DNA of 63,982 nt, the filler included, from Choristocarpus tenellus KU-1152 (taxonomy: Eukaryota; Protista; Phaeophyceae): the NCBI GenBank assembly GCA_964200185.2. It is 12 parts of 12 records of this genome, joined end to end, with 100 filler letters (N's around TTAATTAATTAA, not from the genome) between each part and the next. Parts side by side here need not be neighbours in the genome. Positions count along the whole stretch, not along the records: positions 33,666 to 44,670 come from CAXNAD020002569.1; positions 44,771 to 49,336 come from CAXNAD020013987.1; positions 49,437 to 57,530 come from CAXNAD020005158.1; 9 more parts are not named here. One strand, 5' to 3'. Under the pieces are notes generated by a model. The model was not told where the DNA came from. It saw only the letters and a program-made list of their open reading frames with translations, and did not search any database. Within the stretch, counting starts at the first letter, position 1. Each line of letters begins with the position of its first letter. This document shows positions 38,630 through 52,400 of the stretch, piece after piece. The translations under genes and the position numbers were made by a program.

Positions 38630-39585
38630 CGTGGTCACAATTCGATAATAGTATTGTGCGGTGTTGTGATGGTAGTAATAGTTAGTAATGGTGGCATAAA
38701 TACATCATGCGTTGATTGACTAACATCCACAAGGCACCTTTGGGGTTCGTATGCTTATAGCACAATGGCTCACCATCAGTATGGTGGATCTCAGACAGAA
38801 GTGCCACAATTACGGTGAAACGTGATGGCTATGGCCCTTTGTGAGTCACCGATCACTACTACTGTACAACAAGAAATTGTAGTGACAGTGTCAAACACAG
38901 TGCCGCTTGCGTGGCTATGGAGAGGATTGTACAGCACTCACAACAACAATGCTGACCATTTCCTTGCCTTGCTCTCCATCATCACAAAGAAATACCAAAG
39001 ATTGAGACTGGAAACTACTATTTCGCCACCACTGCTGTACATGAACTCAACCAACATTACCCATGGAAGCCTGCCGGCCACAACAAACACCAACAACCAA
39101 TACTATCATTGCAACAACAAACAAAGGCGAAGAACAGCACACGTGCGTGCAGGTGATCCAGAGATCCTGGATGACCGTTAATCATCCACGACTACGGTCA
39201 ACAGGAAGCATGCAAAGAAGGCTGTTCTTGGATGCGACTAGCGAAGGATTGGGACACTCAATCAAGTGTTTCTCCTCTGCCAGTCAACTGCTTCAGTCAA
39301 GGAAAGAAAGTACACCAGCTCTTCAGTCATAAGTAGTGGGTTGGCCTTAGTCATCAACACCCCCAAGACACTCGCTCCTCTTGACATCATCCGCTGCCTC
39401 ATCCCCAGGCATCCTCTCTTCCGTCACTGCCTCACACCATGGTCATGAGGCGACGTGTTTTTCGGCTAACCTGGGATCCCTGCCTTTGTTAGCGAGTGCC
39501 AAGGTTGCGATTGCCATCCTATCCTACACTCCTATGTACTAGCACGTTCAAAACACCTTGTAACCTCCCTCCCTCCACATGGTGC

Positions 39586-39890
39586 ACCACCGCCTCTCTC
39601 CACCTCTGGTGATGTTGGCGGTGAGATGAACACCCCATGGCTATGTGAAGCTGAAGGCCGTGACACGGTGAACACCCTCCGCCGTCGTGGTGCAGCGGTA
39701 CCGCCTTCCTCCGCCACTAGCGGTGTGGGTGGCGAGATGTGTACCCTGTGCCTTTGCGAATACCCCACACCACCTCCTCTCTCCGCCTCTGGTGATGTTG
39801 GCGGTGAGATGGACACACCGTGGCTGTGGCTCTGTGGTGACGCTGCAATGCTGCCTCTCTCTGCCACGGGTGATGTTGGTGGAGAGGTAA
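39586..39890. repeat. Degenerate minisatellite, 4 units
   Basis: Recurrent CTCTCCRCCTCTGGTGATGTTGGCGGTGAGATG core (S.SGDVGGEM on +). Confidence 0.75.
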
Positions 39891-42800
39891 CTATAGGTTG
39901 CTCTGTTGTAATGGCGAGTGAAGGAGGAGTGAGGAAGACCCAGACTCACCTTGTGCAGGGCTCATTGCAGGACAAACTTCCCAGGTACGTCGCCTTTTGG
40001 TCTTATCCACACGTAGTTCTCGCTTGATACGGCGAGTGCTGCACTGGAAGGGTGTGCTGGTAGTCTCTAGGGCACGGGCAGGCCTAGATGCTCGCAGCAG
40101 AGATCTCGTTATTGGAACCGACCCATATGCCAACGCCAGTTCCCCCCATGCTCGAGTCTCAAGCTCCAGGTCTTCCCTCATCGTGTCTTCCTGACACTGG
40201 AAAGGATTGAGTGGGGCATAGATCTATCAACGGCAAGTGTGAAGGACAAGTCATTTACATAAAAGTGCAGACCACAACCTTGTCACGGAGTATATGTTGG
40301 CAGGAGTCAACGACATGGTGTACATAGCTGCTCTGAAATGCAGAGACATATCGCGCATGCACAAAATACTGGGACAAGTCCCAGTCTTGCACACCTCAAT
40401 CACTGTGTTTCGTGTCTGAAGTGTCAGAAAAGGTAATCGTGAGGATGCCATTCTTGTCAAAGGTACGTCTTGTGCGAGGGCAAGGTGTCCCCACACCCTC
40501 CGCTCCAGCTCAGAGTATGCAGCACTTGACGTCTCAATCTGTGGCAAGCATGTAGAGGGAGGAAGGATGATTGTGAGTTGGAGTGAAAAAACTCACTTCA
40601 AAGAAGGACTGTATATCTTGCACGAGGCATAAAATCAAGTAATGTGGTGTCACCTCGAGGGCTGCAGGAAACAGCAGCACAGCAGCACAGCAGCTGTGGG
40701 CCTCCCCTGTTTTTGGAGAAATATCATTGCTTTCAAAGATAGATTCGAAATCTGAGATATGCGAATTTTAACCGTTGTTGTCAAGGGCTTTATCCAACCT
40801 CTACCGAGTCAGAGAACCACACAGCAGTAGTATATTGGAAAGGAGTCGCTTTTGCGCTGCTTAGCTTACCTCTGCTACCCGTTCGTTTGGCCTACGCAGT
40901 TGTGGCTGCTTCTGAGGGTTGAGGGGGCGCCACCTCGGGTGCCATCTTGAACCGACGCGACTCCACAGTCTTGCCACCGTCACTAGCGTTGCGAGAAGCA
41001 CGATTGTGGTGGCAACGGTGTCCAATTCTATTCCTTGGTAAGGCCTCTTGGCCTCCTTCCAGGTGCATGGCCGACGATCCGGGCACAACATTCGTGGAGG
41101 TTGTAATCCTCGTATACCCTCAAGGAGTGTCGAGGAAGTTGACTGGACGGATGGTCTGAGGGAAGGTGGGCGATTAATCATCAGACATGCCTGCAAGGAC
41201 AGTTTTGTGGGCAACCGCAAGATACCGTTCCCGTCGTTATACCACCAGGTTACTTGAATTCGCTCACCTCTTCTTGCGGAAGAAGAGGGAGTCAAGCCAG
41301 GCCCGGTATCGCGATCGTGGCTTCTCCGTCTTCTGTGGACGAAACAAGCTCCACATCTTCGCCACGTTGGACTTTGCGAAAGAGAGTAGGGCCTTGACGG
41401 GCGCTTTGGTCATGCTCGATTCTCGAGGAAAGGCCTCACACTGGGTGTCGTCGCTGTGAGAGCGTTCGCAGTGGTGCGATCCTCCTTACCTTAGATGGAG
41501 AGTTTTCCTTGTGGGTAGAGGGAGGGGAGGTGAGGTATAATCCAGCAGAGGCGACGTCACTCCATGATGGAGCAGAAATAGAGGTATGGCTTGGTTTAAG
41601 ACGGAATCAAGCTTCCCAGCGTGCGTCGCGCACGCTTTGTAGGCACAAGGTTTGCACAGAAACGCGAGCCACAGCAGGCAAGCCGTAATGGCAGCAGGAC
41701 CCATTCGAGGTCTCAAATCTATGTCATCCTGGGGTGCTACTATTAGGCTTTCTTGTTAGTGAGGAAGACTGTTGGCAACCACTCTGTACCTACCTATGTG
41801 GCGACGAGGGAGGTGAGGGCTATTGTTTGCGGGGGGGGGGCTTGGTAGGCTTCGAGTTGCGTACGACTCGAGGACAAGAGATGGCCCAAATCAAGGTCGA
41901 TAGAAAACATCCGAGTGCAGTCCTCCTCATGGAACGTTACGTAGAAGAAGAAAAGAATTCAAGGGATTCGCATGTGGATTGTCGATTTTCGATTGGAAGA
42001 GATATCAGAAAAACTCACCAGGTCATTGACTAGCTGGTTGATTGGTCAGAGAAGTCACGCCCCAACATATCTTCCCACAACTATATTACAATTCGTAGTA
42101 GAATATACTAATCCTATATAGTAATACATGTTATATTCTATTATTAGTATGTGTGAATAGTTTGCACCATACAATATGATGATGGTAGTCCGATTCTGAA
42201 CGCCATCACATGTGTACTATATGGAAAGATCTGATGACATCGCGCATGACGCGAAGACAGAGACGATAACATGTCTCATAACAAGGAAATAATCCACCAG
42301 GTTCTACTTTTGACCAGAGTCGAACTAGACAACATGCTGTGAACTGAACTTGCATCCAAAATTTGTGGAGCATCAAAGACTCAGCAACGTCCGTATGCAA
42401 CACCAAAGTGCATTGCACACGTATCCATACGCAGGCCATGGCGGCGTGCTGACACGCGCAGTCCCATGCACTCCACTGTGTACTTGTACGTATCGCCAAC
42501 CAATTCGAGAAGTGCATGGTACTACGTCAGGAATGTAGCCAATGGGAAAGACTACTACTACCGAGTATGTACGCATACTAGTAAAGCACTATAATCTATG
42601 TTTTTTAATGCTTGGCAGTGCTTGACTATGGAACCCTGTTTTGCTGTTCATTGCGTTGTCTGACAACAGTGCGCATTCATAGCACTTGGAAATCCATTGT
42701 TCTTGTAACAATACTAGTAAAATTAGTAGTATGATGACGAGTATTTACCTGCTGGATCTAACATTGTAAACACTTTCATAGCCATGTATACATAATAAGG

Positions 42801-42906
42801 ATCATTGTAGGGTGTGAGGTGTGGAACGTGGAGTTCCTAGTGATATCCAGGATACACTTGAGGTAGAAAGCCACCAACAGACTTCCTGAAGGTGCAAGAG
42901 GTGTGA

Positions 42907-43172
42907 GGTAAGTAGTAAACGAGAGGTACCCAAGGTTGCTTTTTTGGGGATTCATGCAAAGAAAGGTGAAAAAATCGCTTCTTGCACAAATTTGTCTAGG
43001 GACTATTCTGAATTCTGTCTAAGCTCTTCAAACAATAGAAAAATCGACGCTCTCAAGTCGATCGGAGCACCCATCCATGGATATAAAGGCGAATTGCGAA
43101 AGATAAATAAATATTAATGGCTTAAAAGGCAAGAACGACCGTAACCTGGGTACCTCTCGCTTACTTTGGGTC
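42907..43172. mobile_element. MITE family C copy
   Basis: AGTAAACGAGAGGTACCCAAGGTT ... AACCTGGGTACCTCTCGCTTACTTTGGGTC. Confidence 0.8.
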
Positions 43173-44049
43173 TTTTTACTTCTTCGAAACAGCACAACAA
43201 GTCAAGATACGTGTCATCTGACTAGTCCGGAAGGGGGGCAGATATCGTGCGTCAGGGATTGATCTAACGTCTAGGCTGCTTCCATTATACCAAATTCTAC
43301 ACACTATTTTCCGAGCAGCGCCATGGCACATATATACATATACTTCTATTTTTGAATCGTGTTATTCTGTGGCAGCGTGGTTCACTCAGGCATGGATGGG
43401 TGGTGAAGAGAATAACCAGGCAAGACGGACCAAGACTGCCGTAACCGAGGGGACGAGGTTAAGGTTGGAGAAGTGCAAGACTGCCTGTAAAAACTGTGAA
43501 GACTGACAAACTGAGGATCTTGTGAGAGAAGATCATCAGAAAGGTCAAGATGTGAGAACGAAGTGAATCTTTCATGTTTGACAACTCTGAATGAAGAGCG
43601 GTCTAACATCTGTGGAACTGGTCTCTTGAAGAGATTCCATGGATTCGTTCTCACAGAAGATCCTCGACTGGAATCATGAATTCTTGACAAGGAACCTTAA
43701 TCGGTAATATGGTATATGGCATACGGCAATGATGGTAAAATAACAAACCTGCTTTCCACATGTTCCATGTTGCATGCTTCCATGATGCCTTAGTGTGGAA
43801 AATGATTTGAATGTATGGAGATTATAATTTTGCGTGCATGAGTCCTCGTAAGAACTTGGGCGATGGCATCAATTGATACATCTACCAAACCAGGGTTGGT
43901 GAGGGAATATATTATTATATTATATATCGAAGTAGTACATTTGGGCTCTTCACAAGGTCGCGGACAACCAATGCACGAATAACCCCTACAATTTTTCTTT
44001 CAGCTTCTTGTCAGAAGCCCGCTCTCACCTTTAGCAAGCCTAACAACTT

Positions 44050-44561
44050 TGTTGATGACTTGGCCTTCACCATCTCCTCGACGAACCCAAACCGATCCCC
44101 CATCACCCGGCATTTCAAAGACCCGAACAAGCACAGGTCCATTATATTGAGGTCGGGGGAGTTAGATGGCTGCATCACAAGCCCAATCGACCACCCCTCA
44201 GTCTTCCCTGCCCTAACAACTGACAAGATTTCTGAGTTGCCCTTGCCCGTGTGGGGGGCGGCACCATCTTGCTGAACGACGACGTGCTTCCCCTGCAACC
44301 AAGACATGTATGTTGGTGTTGATTGCAGGCAGTACCTCCTCCGTGTTTCTGTACCACGAATGGTCTAAAGTACAGTCCTGCTCATACACATCCCCCTTTT
44401 TATGGTTCTTGCTTGCCCTGTCTGCTGTTTTGGCTCACACATACACCAAACTCCAATCTTTCCGTCAAAGTTGTGAGTCAAATCTGGGTGGGTGTTGGCT
44501 GCAATGACCATGGTTTTGGGGATATGACTCTTGTGCTGCACAGTAGGCGACCCTGGAAGGT
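44050..44561 (-). pseudogene. Mariner (DD39D-like) transposase fragment
   Basis: VQHKSHIPKTM, NFDGKIGVW, QQDGAAPHTGKG, QPSNSPDLNIMDL; frameshifted; cut by MITE B at 44562. Confidence 0.9.
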
Positions 44562-44770
44562 GACCCAAAGTATCTGGAGGGGGGGGGGGGGGGGGATCGT
44601 ACTTTTGCTTGACCAGGATCTCAGAGACTATCTCGGCAAAAGGGCCAAGCTTAACCTCATGCTTGAATGANNNNNNNNNNNNNNNNNNNNNNNNNNNNNN
44701 NNNNNNNNNNNNNNTTAATTAATTAANNNNNNNNNNNNNNNNNNNNNNNNNNNNNNNNNNNNNNNNNNNN

Positions 44771-45017
44771 CCCCCCCCCCAGATACTTTGAGCCAAAATC
44801 CAATGTTGTGATTTTGATGAATATTGGTAATCTTGTTTGTTAGCAGGCATCAATATTCTTGCTCTGGACACACCTTTCATAGGTCTATACATTTTACCTG
44901 CTCCGAAACCCAAAATGTTCACAGTTGCAAAACTAAAAAGATCATAAAAAAAAGTTGAGAAGCCAAGTCCGAATGGACAAACAGGGCAAACTCCTAGCCC
45001 CTTAAATGCTTTGGATC
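44771..45017. mobile_element. MITE B end fused to a partial reverse MITE A
   Basis: C-run AGATACTTTGAGCC then AAAATCCAATGTTG...GGACAAACAGGGCAAA. Confidence 0.8.
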
Positions 45018-45309
45018 AATTGTATAGTTATGTTGTGGTAGTGAATCGTCATGAAGAAGCAGGCCTTCTCATGGACAACAAATTATGTCTCAGAATTCTT
45101 CTGGCTCCCTATCTAGAAAGTACACCATGTGTTACCTTCTTCAGCTGTGATATTCACATATTCACATATTCATAATGGTTAACCATTTTTTGTAGCACTC
45201 TGCTCTACCAAAAGCACAGTAATGCAAGCATCGAATTGTATTACTTATTACTTCACCCTTAGAATCCAACAAAACTGGCAAAATATCACAACTTTATGGA
45301 ATGATGGAC

Positions 45310-45574
45310 GAACGAAAGTATCTCAGGGTTAGGGTACGAGTTTTGCCCTGTTTGTCCATTTGGGGCCTGGCTTCTCACGGGTATTTTATGATATTTTCAT
45401 ACTCCAAAATGTTTTGGAGTGGGAAAAATGTGTACGTTATGAAAAGGTGTGTCCAGAACAAGGATATGGACACTTCCAACAAATACGATAGCCAAAATTA
45501 CATTAAAACTGCAACATTGGATTTTGGCCCCCAAACAGATGCAGCTCTACCCTAACCCTAAGATACTTTGGCTT
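45310..45574. mobile_element. MITE family A, TTAGGG variant at both TIRs
   Basis: GTATCTCAGGGTTAGGGTACG ... CTACCCTAACCCTAAGATAC; flanks GGAC/GTAC. Confidence 0.9.
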
Positions 45575-47155
45575 GTACACCAACATGTGGTGCAGACATT
45601 TCAGAGGAATCGAGATAGAGCTTTTCAATTTTTTTTTTTCATTTTGCGTTCCTTGGAACCAGTTTGGACTTCACCTTTGAAAATCATGCATACATTAAAG
45701 AGACCTTTTGCAAGGCAACTATACTGTAATAACTGCACATACCATAATTACTGTGATTACAGTACATACTACAATTTCTACAAATGCTATAAACACTAGA
45801 AATACTATTAATATTATCATTTTTGAATTGTGATTATCAATATGGTATCGCTGCAGTCTTTGGTGTGTGCTCAATTCCAGATGCCAGAATGTCACAATAT
45901 TAATGACAAAACTGTGAACATTCTGATGTTCACTTCCTTGTCCGCGGTGTTCCCCATGCTGTGTATCTATCTGATGGTTCCCATGATCATGAAAGGTGAC
46001 AAGATGGAGGAACAAACATAAACATGCCATGAAGACCAAGGGAGAAGAAGAGGCTGCCGCCAAAATAAGGGTAAGTAAACAAAACAAAAAAACAAGAACA
46101 CCAATTGCAGAAAAGAAAAAAGGGAACAGATTTTGCATGATTTGCAATGAGTCTTTGGGAGGGCTTAGGTTGTATGCCTTGCCACAGGTGGGACAGAATT
46201 CTCTGCCATCCCGATCACTCCTGAGATAGGTAGGTATCCTGGTTTTCTAGTGCTTGGTGTGGCTTCCTAATGCTTTGACAGAATGGTTTTTCAAACTGGA
46301 CTTGGCGATGGAGTTTGTATTGCCTTGGAGCACCACAATATGGAGGATATCCATGAAATGGTGATAACTATTCACTCCAAAAAGAAAGAATGAGTCCAGG
46401 GATAGAAAGGTAAGAAACAGCTGCATCAGTATTTGTTCTGAAAATCACAACCGCCCCTTTGTGAGGACACAACCAAAGAACCCCCTTTATGACAGCTTGG
46501 TCATGTTGCCACTAATCTGCTCTCCAACAGCTCTTATGGAATGCTTCGCGCATAAAGATTTCGTGGGCCCTTGTCAGACCAGCAGGGCCTTCAGTGAATA
46601 AAATTGCGTTCAGCTTACGAATTAAGCAAGCAGTGGAAATGGAAAAACGTGCTAGGGAAAAAAAGAAGCACTCGGCAAATATAATCATCCATGTCCTCTC
46701 TGTGAGTTAAAATTGGAGTAGAAACATTTCTTCCCCCCTTAAACCATTTAGACCCTAACCCTGCAAAGAAGTTAATCGCTTGGTACATACTGGGTATCTG
46801 GCCACCCTTGTGAAAAGCACCTAGAAGCAATTCGTTTGAAGCACTGCACTCCAAGGTACTCTTTACATTGTGAATACATTTGAAGAGCTTTTTCACGAGA
46901 AGTCATGACCACCATGTCATGACTACCATGTATCAATTTGGTTGAACCCAAGGAATTGTGATGAGAAAGTTGTTTTGGGTAGCTCAGTGAATGGAGTTCA
47001 TGTGAGAAGTTTACGGCATGCTTCAACTCTTTGACTACCTCCTAGCTCAACTTGCTATGATGTTCTTATTTGATTTAGCCTGAGTTCCATTAAGTTTGTA
47101 GTGGGTGGGACACACCTGCCAGTATCCTTTGGATGCGGATATGCTGTGGGAATCA

Positions 47156-47231
47156 CATATGTATATATATATGTATGTATATATGTATGTATATATATGT
47201 ACGTATATATGTATGTATATATATATATATA
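47156..47231. repeat. (TA/TATG)n microsatellite
   Basis: Direct reading of the sequence. Confidence 0.9.
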
Positions 47232-48169
47232 TTTTCCTCCATCAATGACATCCTAGCCTTGTTTCCTGGTAGTACAATCTTGGATCAATGATGCGGATAG
47301 ATCCATTACTCAACCTCAACAGGAATGGATGCTGAAGCCGATTTGGACACGTTTGGAGTATTTCATGGGCAATCGCAATGAAATCAAACAACCTCTTCAT
47401 TGGCAGCAAAACTACGTACTAATTGCCTGCCCATCCTTTTACGAAAACCCCTGTTTGTAACAGTAGGAACGACGTGTCAAAAGATATGCACTAGCACTGC
47501 CAGAGTGATTCGATCCAGAGCACTTGCTCATTTGTTGGCACAATTGTGAAATGCTGAAGCCTAATTGAGTAAACAACGCCTGACCTGTAACCACTTCCAT
47601 TGCTTGGTTTGCATCATTCATTCATTCTGCTGCAGAGATCAAGCTCCATAGAGCGTGTAAAATCAAAGTTTATCCTCTACCGACAAAAGGTCATTTTGTG
47701 CCAACGACATTTTAGGACTTTTCAGATCATTTCAAGAGCACGCAGGCATCTCCTCACACGCAAGTGGGTCGGGTAAGCATTGTCCAGAAGTTGCCACCAA
47801 ACGACCACACTTCCTTGAGAACCTTCCCATCTCCACTGGGGTGCACATATTTTCATTTCTCCCATCATATTCACCATGAAATTCATGCAAGTTCCTGAGT
47901 GGTACTTGTCATTGTGGTGCAACGCTACTCTTCCATTCATAATGTCGATCGTGTTGATTTTGCCATGTTCATGATCTGCCCTGCTCTATCCCTTAGTTAG
48001 GATGATACACTCCGTGCACTTCACTCAATATCTAGACTTCAGCAGTTGATACGAACGACCCCATCCTGTACACATCTTCATGCCCAGCTGTTGTATCGAC
48101 AAATAAACAATAAACAATAAACAATAAACAAAATGATTACACCGCATGCCCCAATCCACTCCCTGACAG

Positions 48170-48272
48170 GCTGCAGTTCTCTCTGGACGAACAACGGTAC
48201 GCCATGTATCGCCGTGATCTAGCGGAAATGTATAACTTTGACAGAAAAGTCATTGAACAGACCCTCCGGGAG
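48170..48272 (+). CDS. Probable isolated internal exon, unknown protein
   Basis: CCCTGACAG acceptor, open frame LQFSLDEQRYAMYRRDLAEMYNFDRKVIEQTLRE, GAG|GT donor. Confidence 0.4.
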
Positions 48273-49292
48273 GTTCGACTTGCTGTTGGTCCTGCAGAAC
48301 GAATCATCAAAGGAGCCACCTGGTTGCAAAACAAGCAGGTTCATTCGTCACGCATTAGGCCAGAGAGAGAAAACAAGACTGCAGGAGTAGATCACGAGGG
48401 GTGAGGCTATAAATTTAAAGAAATTTCTTATGGTCCATATGAGGGAGGTGGTGACAAAGTTGCTCGAGTTATAGTCAGAAACAAGTACCTTGAAAGCAAA
48501 AACTTAAAGGAGCATGAGTGCAAGGGTGAGGGTTCATACTGAGAAAGAACCGCATAAGTTGAGGTCTTTTCTGACATTCAGCCATGTTATGGTCTCTCTC
48601 AAGGGTTGAATACAGAATATAATGGAACTGCAGGACTGTCAACTCAGAGCCGGAAATGGTAGATGGATAGGATGCATCCACTGAATTTACTGCGACGACT
48701 ATTTCCCCCTTAGAGTACCCTAACCCTAAGCCCATCCATAACGTTAAACCTCTCCAGCATCCTGTGTGCGGGACCTTTGTTTTCAAGGCTCAGTTCCAGT
48801 CTTTGAAGAATTTCCACTTAACACCTTTTTGAGGAAGGTACACACCTGTCACTATTGTCCCTCAACTACATTTGTATCTGTGCTCCCAGCTGGGGTGTTT
48901 TCCCTACTCCCTGCAGCATGAGGCTAAACATGGAGTGGTCTCTCAATAATCGACCCATCAGTGCAAGCACCTGGCTTTCTTTTTCATCTTTTGGATGCCT
49001 ACTAGCTCATCATAGCCAGCCCATGCTGTTGTCATTCTAAGGCTGCAAGCTTTCTCAAGTGTCGACCAACAAGCTACATAGTAACATAGGCATACTCTTC
49101 CTTCAAAGCACCCTATGTTTGTACCAGAATATTGCCATAATTCACTCCTGGGTCTTGCCAACTGTTCTTAACAACAGGTCCCAAAATGAAGAAGTTCTTC
49201 CATCAGGTGTGCAGTGCCATAGTAATGGGTGCGGCTTTCATCTTCATCATTGCTAGGGATGTAAATGATGCCAACCAAGAGTTTGTGGGGAT

Positions 49293-49336
49293 GAGCCAAA
49301 GTATCTTAGAGGGTTGGGCCACGTCCATTTGAGGGC
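49293..49336. mobile_element. MITE family A terminus at contig end
   Basis: GAGCCAAAGTATCTTAGAGGGTTGGGCCACGTCCATTTG. Confidence 0.8.
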
Positions 49337-49436
49337 NNNNNNNNNNNNNNNNNNNNNNNNNNNNNNNNNNNNNNNNNNNNTTAATTAATTAANNNNNNNN
49401 NNNNNNNNNNNNNNNNNNNNNNNNNNNNNNNNNNNN

Positions 49437-52400
49437 ACATCCCGCTCATCCTCCTCAGAAGAGGAAATGCATTCTGGCGTCTTCTCCATTGTATTATCCG
49501 TCTCACACACCATCATTTCCTGAGCCGTCCCTGTTCCATCCTGTATGGTGTCTTCATCTACTGTGAGAGCGGTTGTCAAAGGCAACAACATGGTTGTTTC
49601 GTCCGGGCTTTCTCTCTTCATCGACTCTGTTGTACCTTGGGCACCATGTAGAGCCTTCCATGTCAATTGTGACCGTTTCTGCATCTGTCTCGTCTTTGCG
49701 AAAACTGTCTCCATAACACAGTTCACCAGTTCCTGATATATCCCTGATAATTCTTCTTGCTCGACGCAATTTGTGTAGTTTGGTACGGCAGGTGGAATGT
49801 CAGTTTTTTTTCCATTCCCCATTTTTTTCTGGCCCTGTACAGCATATTCACGCACGGAATTCAACTTTGAGGTTTTTTCCTCTTGACGTTTTAGTACCTC
49901 CTGCGGTACAGATCCTTTCACATACCCTAATAGGTCATTTTCACTTTGTATTCCTTCTAAAATACCCCTTTTTTGGTGACCTTGAGGGATAGTGGCCATG
50001 GATCCTGTGAAAGCTGGAAGTTGTACTATATTCAACTCCATTGGGTCAGTAGATTTATCATGTTCGACCTTCTTGGGGGAAATCTTTTTATTTTTTGACT
50101 TCTCCAATGTAGCCGTTTCCTCATATACCACAAGTTCTGGAACGGTCCTAGTTCCATCTTCTATGGTCTCTTCAGCTACGGTAACAGCACTCATGAAAGA
50201 TAACAATGTGGTAGCTGCAGCGAGAGTGTCTCTCTCCATAGTACAACTTGCATCTTGTTTCTCCTGACCTCCAGGAAACTCCTGCATCACAGATTCTACC
50301 ATGGATAGTTCATCCTGCTCACATGCCATTTTGAACCCTCCTTGGATGTCGTGTCCGTAGCTACGAGAGGCAGTTTCCAACTCTACAGGGTCATGCAATA
50401 TGGTATCGGTGACAACCTCATGAGAAAGGTCGAGCAGGTGAGCGATGCTACTAGCATCCTCCACTTTAGCTTCATCTTGAGGGAGAGAACTCCCAGGTGG
50501 TGAAATTACTACACTCTCTACCTGTGCGGATTCCAATACTGTGGTCAAGGGTTCCTCAAGTAACATTGGTTTATCCTGCTCTTTGAATATCTGATGCATC
50601 TTGTCTTCCATCACACACATTGCAAGCTCATCTTGAGCAATGCTGGCTATAGACACTGCTATTTCTTGTCCCTGAGGAGAAGCAGGCAAGACTACCATCT
50701 TTCCATCACCACTCCTTTCTATATGATGTGCTGATGGATCCATCGCGGAAAACACAGCTTCAGCCGTGACTATTTCCATCTTGATCCTTTTTCGTACCTC
50801 TTGTAATGCTGCTTCTATCACATAAACCATAAATTCATTAACTATCCTGGTAGTGGTCTCTTTCATAGCTTCCTGACTGCACGAGTTCTCACTAACCATT
50901 TTTGCAATTTCGTTAATCTCCATTTCACGACTACCAGAAATGGAACTTGTTGACCCTGTTACACTAGGATTATCTCCTATTTCCATCGATGTAGGACAGA
51001 AAGCATTGTCCTTGGCCTCAAATTTCTCCAATACCGTTGCAACCACAAATTCTGCAAAATTGTGAGACAGTCTGGTGACAGAGTCCTTGTTGATTTCAAG
51101 GTCCCAGAGAGGGGAAACAGCCAATGACAAAGCACGAGCGGTCTCTTCTGTCTCAGGGATTACTCGGTTGGTTAGAGTATTTTCGATCTCCACAGTTGAT
51201 ACTTCTCCCATTTGGTTTCTCATGAAGTCTTTTCCCGTGACTTCTGTAAACTGCACAACAAGCTCATGGGCCAATGTCATATTCTTGTCTTCTGTATCAA
51301 AGTCTGGACCCCCACAAGGTGTAGGAGACAGCAGCCCCGTTGTAAATGTGCCCTCTCCTTTTTCCGTCCCTGTTGGAGTTGAATTTTCTTCATGTGTTTG
51401 TGCAGTTGAAACTGATTTATCTTCCAGTAAAAGCAACTTCTGTGCGACGACTTCCATTTCACTTGTCACAAGCTCATGACACATCTTCCTAAGATCGTCC
51501 ATTCTTGCTTCCTGGCTCCTGCTAGGACTACTGGGCAACAGCATTGGTGCAGTGGTGCATTCGTCAACTTGAATTACTTTCGGATGTAATACTGCTGATT
51601 CCACCTCCATTGTTGAGATTGCTGTACCCTGCCGTCTTAGCCACTCCTGAATTGCAGCTTCAATAGCAAGCATCGCCAGATTATGTACAGCACTTCTAAA
51701 AGCTCCCAGTTTGTCTTCATGACTCCCATGATGGACTATGGGCAATGGTACTGTTGCATCATTCTCCAACATTGTTTTTTTCATGGCCGAATTTATTCTC
51801 CCCAAGGTTGGTCTTGTAGATCCTTGCCCCCCTGAAAATTCCTGCTTCACAAGCTCTGTAACCACCTCATGCTTAATTCTGAGTGGAGCCCCTAGGTCGG
51901 ATTCATGGCTGCGTTGAATACAAGGCAAAAGCCTTATTCCAGTAGCACTCACTCCACTCTCCAGATCTGATACATTCAGTGAAGCTTTCATGACCTCCTC
52001 AGTTGAACTTCCAATTTGCGACTTCTGCATCTCTGTTTCTATTGCGTACCCTTCAAGCCCATGATCGGTGTCTGTCAAGATGTTGATTCTGGCTTCGTTG
52101 GTCCTACCAGGAGTATCAGGCACCAACGAATTTTTCCCAGCGTCACTCTCTCTTTCCTTCGTCACTGATGGATGCAACACAGTAGATATCTCTTCAGCAG
52201 TCATTGAGGCGGTATCATGTTCCCCTTTTGTCTCCTTAGTGGCATCTTCCCTTGCGAGTATCACGAGACCACCAGCATTCTCAGTGTCATCCTCCATCTT
52301 GACTTCCTGGCTGTTAGTAAATTGGGTAGAAATGAAGTGGTTCATTACGGTGTCTATCTCACCTTTTACTACTACCGGATATTCTGCATAATGCATAGGA

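Noticed and set aside
42560-42583. Hairpin AGTATG-TACG-CATACT plus CTAG as a Helitron 3' end
   Set aside because: Stem is short, AT-rich and overlaps the CTAG; no second copy or Rep/helicase in the window
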